From Actinomycetes bacterium (GTDB lineage: Bacteria; Actinomycetota; Acidimicrobiia; Acidimicrobiales; JAJZXF01), in the NCBI GenBank assembly GCA_021802485.1, contig JAJZXF010000004.1, positions 1,162 through 65,161 of the forward strand: a stretch of 64,000 nt of DNA. Direction: 5' to 3'. Made by a program: the position numbers and the translations under genes. Of this stretch, positions 1 to 9,440 are shown one piece after another. How positions within the stretch are numbered: the stretch's first letter is position 1; every line of letters begins with the position of its first letter. The notes beneath the pieces were generated by a model. It was not told the DNA's origin. It made no database searches and was given only the letters and a program-made list of their open reading frames with translations.

Positions 1-370
1 TCGAGATGCCTGGATGCTCTCGATGGAATCGCACCAAGGCCTCCGGGAGCAGAGCTCTTGCCAATGAAGGCGTCGCGCCTATGCGGAGCCGGCCCGTTCG
101 CAGACCCGCCAGCTCCCGTACCCGCTCGACGGCCTCTTCAGCTCCTGAGAGTACGTTGCGAGCAAGCGGCAGGAGGGTCTGTCCAGCCTCGGTGAGCTGC
201 ATGCCAGTCGGGTCTCGGTGAAACAATGCTACGCCGAGCTCGGCCTCGAGCTTGAGGATTTGGGCACTGACCGATGGCTGTGCGATGTGGACCAGAGCAG
301 CAGCGCGCGTCACGTTCCCCGTGTCTGCGACAGCGACGAAGTATTTCAGACGGTGCAGCTGGATGTCCAT
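1..370 (-). CDS. LysR-family transcriptional regulator, N-terminal part only (gene continues beyond the left window edge)
   Basis: Absent from the ORF track because it is open at the edge. Reverse complement from ATG (370-368) reads MDIQLHRLKYFVAVADTGNVTRAAALVHIAQPSVSAQILKLEAELGVALFHRDPTGMQLTEAGQTLLPLAR..., the canonical LysR winged-HTH N-terminus. Confidence 0.8.
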   Translation of the reverse strand, partial: MDIQLHRLKYFVAVADTGNVTRAAALVHIAQPSVSAQILKLEAELGVALFHRDPTGMQLTEAGQTLLPLARNVLSGAEEAVERVRELAGLRTGRLRIGATPSLARALLPEALVRFHREHPGIS

Positions 371-565
371 GGAGTACTCCAGTCTCGGAACCCAAGGTGG
401 CTCAAGAGTGTTCTGGTGTCAATGATAGCCAATAGGCAGAAGCTATTACAACTAGTCTAGATATATCTTGGACATATAACACGACGTGGCTTACCCTAAT
501 AAGAGATGATGCAAGACATGTTCAACATGCTTTCCAGTTGAACAAGAGAGAAGGGAGCAAACGGA

Positions 566-1147
566 ATGCGGCGCAAGACACTTGATACGTTATTGGTGGC
601 AGGTGGTGGCGTGCTCTTCGTGGTGCTTCTCGCGGTCGGCGCCGTCGCGACTTGGGGTTATATGTACGCGAACGGAACTGTCCACGATCAGCTTGCCGCT
701 CAGAAGATATATTTTCCCCCCGCAGGAAGCCAAGAGCTTGCGAGTCCAAAGATCGGCCCGTATTTGAACAAGTACGCAGGCCAGCAGGTTGTGAACGGTG
801 CTCAGGCCGAAGCATACGCGAACCACTTCATCGCTGTGCATCTACAGGGCATCGGCGGCGGTCGGACCTATTCCGAGCTCAGTGCGCTTTCTCGCAAGAA
901 CCCGGCTAATGCTGCTCTGAAGGCGGACGTAACCAGCGTCTTCATGGGAACGACGCTGAGGGGCTTGCTCCTGGAAGCATATGCATTCTGGATGATCGGC
1001 CAGGTTGCGTTCTGGGTCGGGCTAAGCGCATGGGTACTTGCATTCTTGATGCTGGTTTTGGTGGCGCTCGGTATCCTGCACTCCCGACGGGTATCCGCCG
1101 ACGCGACTGTCCTGGTCGGGAAAGGCCTCACGGCAGCTGCTGCGTGA
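566..1147 (+). CDS. Membrane protein of unknown function (N-terminal TM anchor, C-terminal pair of TM helices)
   Basis: 193-aa ORF divergent from the LysR gene. Hydrophobic segments LLVAGGGVLFVVLLAVGAVATW and FWMIGQVAFWVGLSAWVLAFLMLVLVALGIL. GGGAG upstream of the ATG. Confidence 0.6.
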   Translation: MRRKTLDTLLVAGGGVLFVVLLAVGAVATWGYMYANGTVHDQLAAQKIYFPPAGSQELASPKIGPYLNKYAGQQVVNGAQAEAYANHFIAVHLQGIGGGRTYSELSALSRKNPANAALKADVTSVFMGTTLRGLLLEAYAFWMIGQVAFWVGLSAWVLAFLMLVLVALGILHSRRVSADATVLVGKGLTAAAA

Positions 1148-1412
1148 TCAAGCTGGCAATCGAGTCCGTCACCGTTCCCCAGCTGGGCCTCTGGATGTGT
1201 TCAAAGGCCCAGCTGGCGCGACTGTTGCATGCCCCACGCTGGTTGGACGTGGTCCGCGCAGCCTGTGTGAGTGCTGCGATGTAGGGAGTCAGAGGCGGGA
1301 GTGGCGCGTCAGGATCTGGGAGCAGACCTCTGGGCCATAGAGCAGTCCACGCAGATCATGACGCCTCGCGCATCAACGGAAAGCAGCCCGCAAGCTTCTC
1401 AGGATGAAATGC

Positions 1413-1440
1413 TCAACCCGGCCGACACTACAGCCGATCC
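1413..1440 (+). promoter_or_regulatory. Candidate sigma-28 (FliA/WhiG)-type promoter upstream of flhA
   Basis: TCAA (1413-1416), 16-nt spacer, GCCGATCC (1433-1440), about 70 nt before the flhA start. Same motif as four other sites in the flagellar locus. Confidence 0.35.
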
Positions 1441-1509
1441 TATCTAAGACGCCAGGAAGGCAAAGTACACTCGCGGCCACGGAGCAGGCCGGGACCATGT
1501 GGAGGTGCG

Positions 1510-3576
1510 ATGCGTTCCAGGCGGATGGGAACTATTGGAATTCCTGCAGCGATCGTGACGATCGTCGTCATGATGGTTGTCCCAATGCCCTCCTTCGTGC
1601 TGGACGTCCTCATCACCGCCAATATCACCATGGCGATCATCGTCTTGATCATGAGCATGCACGTTCAACGCCCGCTCGACTTCTCGGTGTTCCCATCGCT
1701 GCTTCTTGTTGCGACGATGTTCCGGCTCGCTTTGAATGTAAGCGCGACGCGCCTTGTGCTTTTGCACGCGTACGCGGGGACTGTGATCCAGTCCTTTGGC
1801 CACTTCGTGGTCGGCCAGTCGATTGTAGTTGGCCTTGTTGTCTTCTTGATCCTTATCATCATCCAGTTCGTCGTCATCACAAACGGTTCCGGCCGGGTCG
1901 CGGAGGTAGCGGCCCGCTTCACCCTGGACGCGATGCCTGGCAAGCAGATGGCGATAGATGCGGACCTCAACTCCGGCTTGATCGACTCTGCAGAGGCGCG
2001 GCGTCGTAGGGCCGAGGTCGGTGACGAAGCGGACTTTTACGGAGCGATGGATGGAGCGTCAAAGTTCGTAAAGGGTGATGCAATGGCGGCGGTGGTGATC
2101 ACCGCAGTCAACCTGATAGGCGGGTTCGTGGTAGGGGTCGTCGAGCACCACATGCCTATTGGCCAGGCAGCGGACACCTATAGCCTGCTGAGCGTAGGTG
2201 ACGGGCTTGTCTCCCAGATACCAGCGTTGCTGCTGTCCATCTCCACGGGCTTGGTGGTGACCCGAGCTGCGAGCGAGAACGACTTTGGCTCCTCGCTCGT
2301 CGCACAGTTCTCTTCGCAGCATCGCGCAGTGCGGATGGCCGGGGCGATCATCGCGATAGTTGGCCTCGTGCCTGGCCTTCCAACGCTGGCTTTTCTCGTC
2401 GTTGGCGGCGGGATCTTCCTTGTGGGTCTGAAAGCGAAGCACGGCCTCGTGGATAAGTTGGAGTTGCAGGCAACCCCGGCAGTGGATGGCGAAGATGGGA
2501 GTGGCACCGATGTCGCGGCTGAGCTAACTCCGCAGTCCCTCGCCCGGGAGATGCGAGCGGAGCCACTCGAGTTGGAGCTGGCATTCGATCTCATAGATCT
2601 TGTGGACAGGTCACGGGGTGGCGATCTCTTGGACCGGGTGCAAGGCCTCAGGCGAAAGGTCGCTTCGGAGCTTGGCTTCGTGTTTCCAGCGGTCAGGACC
2701 AGGGACAACCTATCCCTTGCGGCGTCGAAGTACGTGATCCGGCTTCACGGCGTCGAAGTCGTGCGAGGGGAGGCGCCACCAGGGAAGATACTGGTTATTG
2801 GCAACAAGCTCGACGAACTTCCGGGAGTGGAGACCAACGAGCCTGTGTTCGGCCTTCCAGCTCGCTGGGTTCCGATGGAGATGCGCCACCTTGCTGCATC
2901 AGGTGCAAGGACCGTCGTCGATCGTTCCTCGGTCATCGCTACCCACCTTGGCGAGGTGGTAGCGGCCAACGCGGGCCGATTGCTGTCGCGCCAGCAGGTT
3001 CAGAGCCTGATTGAAGTCGCTCGGGGAACCGATCCGGTGGTTGTGGACGAGATGGCGGGTGTGCCGCTGTCACTGGGTGAGGTCCAAAAGGTGCTCTGCG
3101 GTCTGCTCGACGAAGGGGTGTCTATCAAGAGCCTCGTTCCGATACTCGAGGCGATCACAGAGCGGGCGCGCCAGAACAAGAGCCCAGAGGCACTGATGGA
3201 GGCCGCGCGAAAGGCGATCGGCCCGGCGATCTCAGCGAAGTACCAGACGGATGGTCGGATGCATGTCATCACGCTGGATGGCGTCCTTGAACAGACGCTC
3301 TCCGAGGCTGTCCGGAGCGGTGAAGATGGCTCTGTGCTTGCATGTGATCCTGCGGTTGCCGAGACTGTCGTTACCGAGGTGGCGCGCCTTTCAACCACCG
3401 CGGAGGAAGCTGGGCAGGTCCCGGTGCTCGTGTGCTCGGCAAGGCTCAGACCTGCTCTGTGGCGCTTGCTCAAGCCGCTGCTACCACGTTTGGGCGTGCT
3501 CTCTGTCGAAGAGCTCGGGAACCGGGCGGTGCTCGAAAGGGTTGGGGAGGTGAGCCTTGCCAGAGTTGCGGTTTGA
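1510..3576 (+). CDS. flhA: Flagellar export gate protein FlhA
   Basis: 688 aa. The polytopic N-terminal domain carries ...FVVITNGSGRVAEVAARFTLDAMPGKQMAIDADLNSG...GAMDGASKFVKGDA..., the FHIPEP signature, plus a large cytoplasmic C-domain. GGAGG RBS. Confidence 0.97.
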   Translation: MRSRRMGTIGIPAAIVTIVVMMVVPMPSFVLDVLITANITMAIIVLIMSMHVQRPLDFSVFPSLLLVATMFRLALNVSATRLVLLHAYAGTVIQSFGHFVVGQSIVVGLVVFLILIIIQFVVITNGSGRVAEVAARFTLDAMPGKQMAIDADLNSGLIDSAEARRRRAEVGDEADFYGAMDGASKFVKGDAMAAVVITAVNLIGGFVVGVVEHHMPIGQAADTYSLLSVGDGLVSQIPALLLSISTGLVVTRAASENDFGSSLVAQFSSQHRAVRMAGAIIAIVGLVPGLPTLAFLVVGGGIFLVGLKAKHGLVDKLELQATPAVDGEDGSGTDVAAELTPQSLAREMRAEPLELELAFDLIDLVDRSRGGDLLDRVQGLRRKVASELGFVFPAVRTRDNLSLAASKYVIRLHGVEVVRGEAPPGKILVIGNKLDELPGVETNEPVFGLPARWVPMEMRHLAASGARTVVDRSSVIATHLGEVVAANAGRLLSRQQVQSLIEVARGTDPVVVDEMAGVPLSLGEVQKVLCGLLDEGVSIKSLVPILEAITERARQNKSPEALMEAARKAIGPAISAKYQTDGRMHVITLDGVLEQTLSEAVRSGEDGSVLACDPAVAETVVTEVARLSTTAEEAGQVPVLVCSARLRPALWRLLKPLLPRLGVLSVEELGNRAVLERVGEVSLARVAV

Positions 3577-5053
3577 AGGAACTTCCCTAGCGCCGCTGCT
3601 GGAGAGGATCAGGACGGATCTCGGCGAGGGATGCTCGATTACGAGAGCCGTGAAGAAGCGCAAGGGGGGCATTTGGGGCTTCTACGCACGTGAGTACTTT
3701 GAAATCACAGTAGCGAAGGACGATTTGGCTCGAGACGGGATGCTCGGAGAAAGCATCCCGTCTGGTGTGCCCGAAGGGAACGAAGCGGACTCCGAAACCG
3801 CTCCGGAGGTTGCGAGTCGAGGACCGATCCTCGCGGAGCACGTACCTCACGTCCCAGAAAAGGGCCTGACGGGCACGCAGTTAAGCGTGTTGCCGGGTTC
3901 CGGGCCGCTCGGAAGCATTTACTGCTCGCCTGGTGCAAGCACCGCGGCGGCGGTTGGCGGTGATCCTGAGGGGACATCCTCGCCGAGTGGCCACAGCCTA
4001 GCGGCGAGGACCTGGTCCCCAAACGGTCATCGTGGTTCGTACCTTGCCAGGGATGTCGAGGATGATTCCAACATCGTTGCAGGAACACCGGAGGCTCTCG
4101 GCGATTACCTCGGGGTTCCTCTGGACCAAGGCGACCCCGCTACCTCTCCCTTTGCTGACATGCTTGATGCTTTCACCGCGAGAGCCCCTGATGGTGGGGA
4201 TGGTCTCGCTACCGAGATGCGGGATGTCTCTGATCCCAGGCTAGAGAGCAAGGCCCCTGTGCTTGGCGGTGGAGTGCAGATGAGCGCGGGTCTCGCAGCG
4301 AGCGACGTATCCGGGGAGCTTGAAGCGTTGGGCCTGGCGGAGCAGGTCTCGTCCTGGCCAGCATCGGAAGTCGCTTGGCTTGTGTCGGATGGGCAGCTGG
4401 GGTTGACCGAAGTGCACGATTTGCTGCTGAAGAGGTTGCCGGAACTGTTGAGCGACAGCGTTCAGTTTGCTCCCGCACCGCTGTCGCCAGGAAGCCTTTT
4501 AGTTATAGCTGGCGATCTCCCACAGGCGCGCCGTGCTGCTGAAGAGGTGGCTCGAGATGTAGGTTCTCGCCCCGACGAGGTGCTGGTCGCGACGCGTGAT
4601 TCCAGTAGAGCAAGCGATGTCTACGCCTGGCTGGTCGTAGCATCGGAGGAGGCCGTGGTACAGAGACGTCGTCGCTGGAGAAACTCTTCTGGTGTGGTGA
4701 TCCTTGCACTCGATGCTCCAATTACCGAGATCGAGCGCGCCTGGGCTAGGGGTCTCATCGCTATGTCCGAGCCCACTGCTGTTTGGGGAGTTGCTGATGC
4801 TACGAGAAAGGCTTCTGACGTGCTGTCCTGGTCCCAGGACCTCGGAGGCTTCGATGCTCTGGCGATCTCGGACAGCACTTCGAGCAGATCCCCGTTCTCG
4901 GTGTTGTCGACTGGCATCCCGCTGGCTCGCCTCGATGGCGCTCTGGCAGAGCCAGACTCTCTCGCGTCAGTCATTGCCTCGAGGGTGAACGATGCGGCTA
5001 GGAAGGCTATTGTCGGAGACGGTGCAAACCGCGTCATGCGGGTGGCTACCTGA
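3557..5053 (+). CDS. flhF: FlhF-like protein with degenerate (GTPase-dead) SRP-type G domain
   Basis: TTG start 6 nt after GGGGAGGTGAG, overlapping the flhA end. The basic N-terminus (LERIRTDLGEGCSITRAVKKRKGGIWGF...EITVAKD) is FlhF-like. The C-terminal 180 aa keep the G-domain layout but with LLVIAGDLPQARR in place of the P-loop, ILALDAP for DTAG and AISDST for TKLD. There is no GK[ST] anywhere in the protein. Confidence 0.7.
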   Translation: MPELRFEGTSLAPLLERIRTDLGEGCSITRAVKKRKGGIWGFYAREYFEITVAKDDLARDGMLGESIPSGVPEGNEADSETAPEVASRGPILAEHVPHVPEKGLTGTQLSVLPGSGPLGSIYCSPGASTAAAVGGDPEGTSSPSGHSLAARTWSPNGHRGSYLARDVEDDSNIVAGTPEALGDYLGVPLDQGDPATSPFADMLDAFTARAPDGGDGLATEMRDVSDPRLESKAPVLGGGVQMSAGLAASDVSGELEALGLAEQVSSWPASEVAWLVSDGQLGLTEVHDLLLKRLPELLSDSVQFAPAPLSPGSLLVIAGDLPQARRAAEEVARDVGSRPDEVLVATRDSSRASDVYAWLVVASEEAVVQRRRRWRNSSGVVILALDAPITEIERAWARGLIAMSEPTAVWGVADATRKASDVLSWSQDLGGFDALAISDSTSSRSPFSVLSTGIPLARLDGALAEPDSLASVIASRVNDAARKAIVGDGANRVMRVAT

Positions 5054-5445
5054 TGAGCGTCTCCGCGGTGGACTACGTGCCAGAGTCCGGAGGCCGTTTC
5101 AAGATCGTCCTTGCGGTCTCAGTCCTGCTTTCTCTGCCAGCCGCTCATCAGTTCCTTGTAGGTCAGATCGGGCTGACCAGCATCCTCGAACGCTACTTGC
5201 TGGCACTCGTGCTCGCGTGGTTAGGGGTGAGCGCGGTTGCTGGTGTGCTCAACGCGTACTCGCGTAGGAACCCCGACGATGCCGAGGACCCGAGCAAAAT
5301 GGGGACCTCCGAGCAGACCCACCTAGCTGGCGGCGCAACTGGCCCAGCAAGCAGCCCCGGTTCGCAGAGCTCGGATGGGATTGGCGGAGCGGGCGGTCCA
5401 GCTAACGCTGGTGAGCACACAGGCACCCCGGGCAGCACCAATTAA
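5053..5445 (+). CDS. Small 2-TM protein of unknown function, translationally coupled to the flhF-like gene
   Basis: 130 aa. Its ATG overlaps the flhF-like stop (TGATG). Two hydrophobic helices are followed by a Gly/Ser/Pro-rich tail. It occupies the slot where flhG usually sits. Confidence 0.5.
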   Translation: MSVSAVDYVPESGGRFKIVLAVSVLLSLPAAHQFLVGQIGLTSILERYLLALVLAWLGVSAVAGVLNAYSRRNPDDAEDPSKMGTSEQTHLAGGATGPASSPGSQSSDGIGGAGGPANAGEHTGTPGSTN

Positions 5446-5491
5446 CGCAAACCAGCTAAGGTGGCTACGTGGTTGCCCTTGAGGAGTGCAT

Positions 5492-5830
5492 GTGCTGGTA
5501 TTGAGTCGCAAGGTCGGGCAGCGGGTGATCATAGAGCAGGGCATAGTGATCACAATCCTCGGAGCGAGTGGCGATTCCGTGCGGGTCGGTATAGAGGCTC
5601 CGCGGTCCGTGCAGGTATATCGCGAGGAAGTGTACACGGCGATGCAGGAGGCAAACAGAGCTGCTGCTTTGTCGCCAGCTTGGGCAGTCAACGCCCTCGA
5701 GATGCTTGCTCCGCTGCGAGCTGGCGATCCTGTTCCAGCTCCTTCGGAGACCGCTTCGGGGGGTAGCCCTGCTTACACAGAGGGCGTTACGGGCGCTGAC
5801 GGCGGTACGGGTTCGTCCGAGCCCGCCTAG
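5492..5830 (+). CDS. csrA: Carbon storage regulator CsrA (flagellar type) with long C-terminal extension
   Basis: The in-frame GTG at 5492, 5 nt after GAGGAG, gives MLVLSRKVGQRVIIEQGIVITILGASGDSVRVGIEAPRSVQVYREEVY, a textbook CsrA core, followed by about 50 extra residues. The ORF-track start at 5486 overlaps the RBS. Confidence 0.9.
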   Translation: MLVLSRKVGQRVIIEQGIVITILGASGDSVRVGIEAPRSVQVYREEVYTAMQEANRAAALSPAWAVNALEMLAPLRAGDPVPAPSETASGGSPAYTEGVTGADGGTGSSEPA

Positions 5831-6309
5831 CGTGCTCGGACCATCGGCGCAGCAACGCTGTAGTCCGAATCGTGCAGCACGATCTGTCGTGCTGCACGGG
5901 TCTGTCTGTTCACGATGATTGGACCGAGCAGGTTGACTGTCGGGGTGCTGTTCTGGCCAGGCGCCGGTAGTGTGACGATGTTGAGGATAAGGGCGTCCTT
6001 GGGGTTTGTGATCTCGAGTTCAGTCGCTGTGTCTTCGTCAATTCGGACAGTGTAATCAGAGAATATGACCTCTGGTGGGACAGCGACGAACTCGACTCCG
6101 TTGCGGTCCGCACAGACCAACCTGCAGAACGGATCCATGCCTTTGCCGAGCGAGGCGAGGGTGAAGTGGTGAGCTTCGGGGAACCCGGGCAACCCGGTGC
6201 TGAACGTCAGTACCGCTACGTCCTCGCCGACATCGGTGCTCTGTGTTCCCGGCTCTTCGCTGACGATAGTTGGATTGCAACGCTCGGGTGCCGTGGGCAT
6301 CTCATACAT
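5827..6309 (-). CDS. fliW: Flagellar assembly factor FliW (CsrA antagonist)
   Basis: 160 aa with ...LTFSTGLPGFPEAHHFTL...DPFCRLVCAD...FVAVPPEVIFSDYTVRIDEDT...LNIVTLP...TVNLLGPIIVNRQTRAARQIVL..., matching the FliW family pattern. Confidence 0.9.
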   Translation of the reverse strand: MYEMPTAPERCNPTIVSEEPGTQSTDVGEDVAVLTFSTGLPGFPEAHHFTLASLGKGMDPFCRLVCADRNGVEFVAVPPEVIFSDYTVRIDEDTATELEITNPKDALILNIVTLPAPGQNSTPTVNLLGPIIVNRQTRAARQIVLHDSDYSVAAPMVRAR

Positions 6310-6375
6310 CCTTTTCCATCTTGAGCTCTTGTCATCTTAGGCAATCTGCAAGGCAGTGGCTTGGCTGAATTTCGT

Positions 6376-7269
6376 TCATCCGAGGAACTTCAACAACGAT
6401 GGCTGCAGCACCTGCGAGGCTGCCCAGAGAGCCTCCTGGTAGGAGGACTGCATGAGGCTCAGCTTGCTGATCGCCTCAGCGGGGTTGATGTTCTCCAGGG
6501 TTGACATCGTGCTCTGAAGGGTGGATTGGGTGGTCGTGGCGTGATCGCTTGCTGCCTGCATCGCCTGGTAATAGTCACCAATTTGCCCAGCCTGGGTGGC
6601 GACCTGCTTTGTCGCTGCCTCCAGATTGGATAGGTCGGTGCCGAGGACCGCGGGTGTGTTGCCGGCCTGGATATCAGAGGCCATCTTCTTGAGCACGCCA
6701 AAGACCCCAGCTGCGCCGGAACCGAAGACAGCATCGCCGGTCGCAGCGATCGGCATCTGCACTCCGTCCGCGACGGTGCGGGTAGCGACCACGCTGTTTC
6801 CAAGGTAGTTGCCCGCGGCGTTGAATGCCTCGGAACCTGCTGCGGTCCCTGAAAATATCGCTTGCCCGGAGTACGTCGTGTTCGCGAGTGTTAGCAGGCT
6901 CGCTCCAATTGAGCCGACCTGTCCTGCAAGTGCCTGAAGGGACGTCGAGCCACCGATCGAGGCGGTTGAAATCGATAGTGCAAGGTTCTTCGCTTGAGCG
7001 AGCTCGGTCATTGCCTGGTTGAGCGTTGTGTTGGCAACTTGAAGACGCGACAAGCCATCCTTCGCGTTTGCGACGTACTGGTTCGCACGTTCGATTGATG
7101 CCTGGGCGTTCATGATCTGGACAGCGAGTGGGGGGTTGTCCGACGGCACGTTCACTTTCTTGCCAGATGAGATCTGCTGCTGCAGGTTCGAGATCTGAGT
7201 CTGGTCTGCGGTGATGTTGGCGAGGACCTGCTGGCTGGTGGACTCCATGGTCGGGCGCAGGTAAGTCAT
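6376..7269 (-). CDS. flgL: Flagellar hook-associated protein 3 FlgL
   Basis: 297 aa. Flagellin-like N-terminus (QISSGKKVNVPSDNPPLAV...) and C-terminus (...INPAEAISKLSLMQSSYQEALWAASQVLQPSLLKFL). Located directly downstream of flgK. Confidence 0.85.
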   Translation of the reverse strand: MTYLRPTMESTSQQVLANITADQTQISNLQQQISSGKKVNVPSDNPPLAVQIMNAQASIERANQYVANAKDGLSRLQVANTTLNQAMTELAQAKNLALSISTASIGGSTSLQALAGQVGSIGASLLTLANTTYSGQAIFSGTAAGSEAFNAAGNYLGNSVVATRTVADGVQMPIAATGDAVFGSGAAGVFGVLKKMASDIQAGNTPAVLGTDLSNLEAATKQVATQAGQIGDYYQAMQAASDHATTTQSTLQSTMSTLENINPAEAISKLSLMQSSYQEALWAASQVLQPSLLKFLG

Positions 7270-7275
7270 CGGGAC

Positions 7276-8958
7276 TCAAGCCGCCTGGATGAGGGACTGG
7301 ACCAGGCTGTCCATCGCTGAGAGCATTTTTGCAGCGGCTTGGTAGGCCTCCTGGTACTTCAGCATGTCGATAGTCTCCTGGTTAACGCTCACTCCCGAGT
7401 TGCTCTGCAGGGCAGCCTGGGCTGCTGACGAGAGTGCCGATTGGTTCTGAACTTGCTGGTTCGCGGATTGGGTTAGTGTCCCGATCTGGCCGATGAGAGT
7501 CCTGTAGGTGCTGTCGGGCCCCGCCGAGGAATTGTAGAGAGCCGCCATCGCCTGAGCGTTGGAGCCGTCAAGTGGCCCTGAGGACACCGAGGATCCCGCT
7601 GAAAGCGCCAGCGGGTTGCTCGTGAGAGCGGGGTTGACCGAGATGTTGGCTGCATCGATGCCAGTGCTGGAGCCGCTGGAGGAGTTTACGAAGAACGCAG
7701 GTGGTGCTCCGAGAGCGTCAGGGGTAGGTGTCGCGCTACTGGACGCGCTGAGTCCGAGCGCGCCCAGCGCAGTCCCTCCGGTGACTGTGAGGGAACTCGC
7801 AGCTTGGGCATCTGATGCCGCGATGACTAGAGCTCCAGAGGAGTTGACACTTGCAGTGAGGGCTCCTGATGAAGATGACTGAACAGCGCTTGCGAGCTGG
7901 GCAGGGGTGTAGGTGCCCGCAGGGATCGTATAGGTCGAAGCTACCCCTGCTGAGGTGACCGCGAGGGTCTGGCCGCCAGATGGAATGGTCACCGTGCTGG
8001 CGAGCGCGGATGAGCCGGCAATTGCAGGATACCAGTAGGCGCCGTTGGCCTGGGAGGTATTGACCAGGCCAGCGAGGCTGGACGCAACTGTGTTGAGCTG
8101 TCCCTGAAACCCGCTGATCTTGGACATTCCCGCGAGGAGCCCAGCAATGCTGCCTGAGGTCACCGCTACCGGTCCGGTCGTCGACGACGATGTCACGCTT
8201 GCCGAGAGACCCGCGCCCGCTCCGGTTGCCGAGATGCCCAAGGTCGCGGCCACTGTCGACCCCTCGACTAGGGTGATCCCACCCATGTACAGGTTTGTGC
8301 TGCCGTTAGGCTGCTGGCGCACACTTACGTTGATGAGCTTCCCAAGCTGGTTGATCACCTGGTTCAACTGGTTCGAGAGCGAGTTCGCATCCCCGCCACC
8401 CGTCTTTGCGGAGAGGATCGAGTTGTTCAGCGAAGCTGCCTGGACAAGGAGGGAATTTACCTGGCCTGTTTGATCCTGGAGCTGAAGGACTGTTTGGTGT
8501 CCCAGGCTCGCGAGCTGTATCGCTGCTTCGTTGAGAGAGGTTGCGACCTGGCTTGCGTAGCTGAGCGTCTCGCTTCTCGGAGCAAGCGATGACGGGTTGT
8601 TGGCGATGTTGTCGAACGAGGACCACATCTGGGACAGCTGTGCTGCGATCCCGGTGCTGCTCGGTTCGCCAAAGGCACTCTGGGCCTCGTTGAGGAGCGT
8701 TCCATAGGCAGTGAGCTGCGAGCTTCCAGACGCGCCAGCCCGAGCATCCGCGGCGAGGATCGAATTTTGCACCAGTGTGATGTTCGCGACCATTGCCCCG
8801 TTGCCAACCGCGCTCGAACCCGGCATTGTTGTGAGGTTGGCTCGCGCCCTCACATAGCCGGGCGTTGTGGCATTTGCGAGGTTCTCAGCAATGACGTCCA
8901 TCGCGGTCTGCTGGGCGAGAAGTCCCGAAGCCGCAATGTTGATGCCGGCATTGCTCAT
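7276..8958 (-). CDS. flgK: Flagellar hook-associated protein 1 FlgK
   Basis: 560 aa. N-terminus MSNAGINIAASGLLAQQTAMDVIAENLANATTPGYVR is the rod/hook family motif. C-terminus ...ETIDMLKYQEAYQAAAKMLSAMDSLVQSLI. Confidence 0.9.
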   Translation of the reverse strand: MSNAGINIAASGLLAQQTAMDVIAENLANATTPGYVRARANLTTMPGSSAVGNGAMVANITLVQNSILAADARAGASGSSQLTAYGTLLNEAQSAFGEPSSTGIAAQLSQMWSSFDNIANNPSSLAPRSETLSYASQVATSLNEAAIQLASLGHQTVLQLQDQTGQVNSLLVQAASLNNSILSAKTGGGDANSLSNQLNQVINQLGKLINVSVRQQPNGSTNLYMGGITLVEGSTVAATLGISATGAGAGLSASVTSSSTTGPVAVTSGSIAGLLAGMSKISGFQGQLNTVASSLAGLVNTSQANGAYWYPAIAGSSALASTVTIPSGGQTLAVTSAGVASTYTIPAGTYTPAQLASAVQSSSSGALTASVNSSGALVIAASDAQAASSLTVTGGTALGALGLSASSSATPTPDALGAPPAFFVNSSSGSSTGIDAANISVNPALTSNPLALSAGSSVSSGPLDGSNAQAMAALYNSSAGPDSTYRTLIGQIGTLTQSANQQVQNQSALSSAAQAALQSNSGVSVNQETIDMLKYQEAYQAAAKMLSAMDSLVQSLIQAA

Positions 8959-9440
8959 GCTGAAGAGTCCACGAGCCTCGACGGAGCCACGTTGGTGCTC
9001 GGCGCTCCAGCGCGGTCGTAGGATCCGCCGGTCACCTCTCCCAGCATGGAAAGGGTGTCTGCGATTGCGCTGAGGTGGCGGGTAAGGATGCTGCGGTTCA
9101 ACTCCGCGAGATCAGCGATCTTTGCGAGAGCGGCCATCAATCCGGATTTGTGGTCACTGAATGTCTGATGCCAGGCGGCTGGCGTAGCTTGTGCCAGCTC
9201 GTCCAGGGTTGGCATCGGATCGAGGCCGAATTCCATGATCAGATCCTGGGTCTCAAGCGCCCGTGACAGCTCCGCAGCCTTGATGGCTTCGAGCACCTCG
9301 GTGACCTCAAGGGTTGCTTTCGAGAGCCACTGCTGTTCTCCAGCAAGGAGCAACAGGTGCTCTTCTTTGAGTTTGAATGCAAGAGTGTCGAGCAACTGGC
9401 GTTCCCGCCACAAGATTGCTGAGACTTCGCTCAGGCCCAT
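8955..9440 (-). CDS. flgN: FlgN-like flagellar export chaperone
   Basis: 161-aa helical protein (ILWRERQLLDTLAFKLKEEHLLLLAGEQQWL...) immediately upstream of flgK and overlapping it by ATGA. Position and composition fit FlgN. The family call is weaker than for the neighbouring genes. Confidence 0.6.
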   Translation of the reverse strand: MGLSEVSAILWRERQLLDTLAFKLKEEHLLLLAGEQQWLSKATLEVTEVLEAIKAAELSRALETQDLIMEFGLDPMPTLDELAQATPAAWHQTFSDHKSGLMAALAKIADLAELNRSILTRHLSAIADTLSMLGEVTGGSYDRAGAPSTNVAPSRLVDSSA

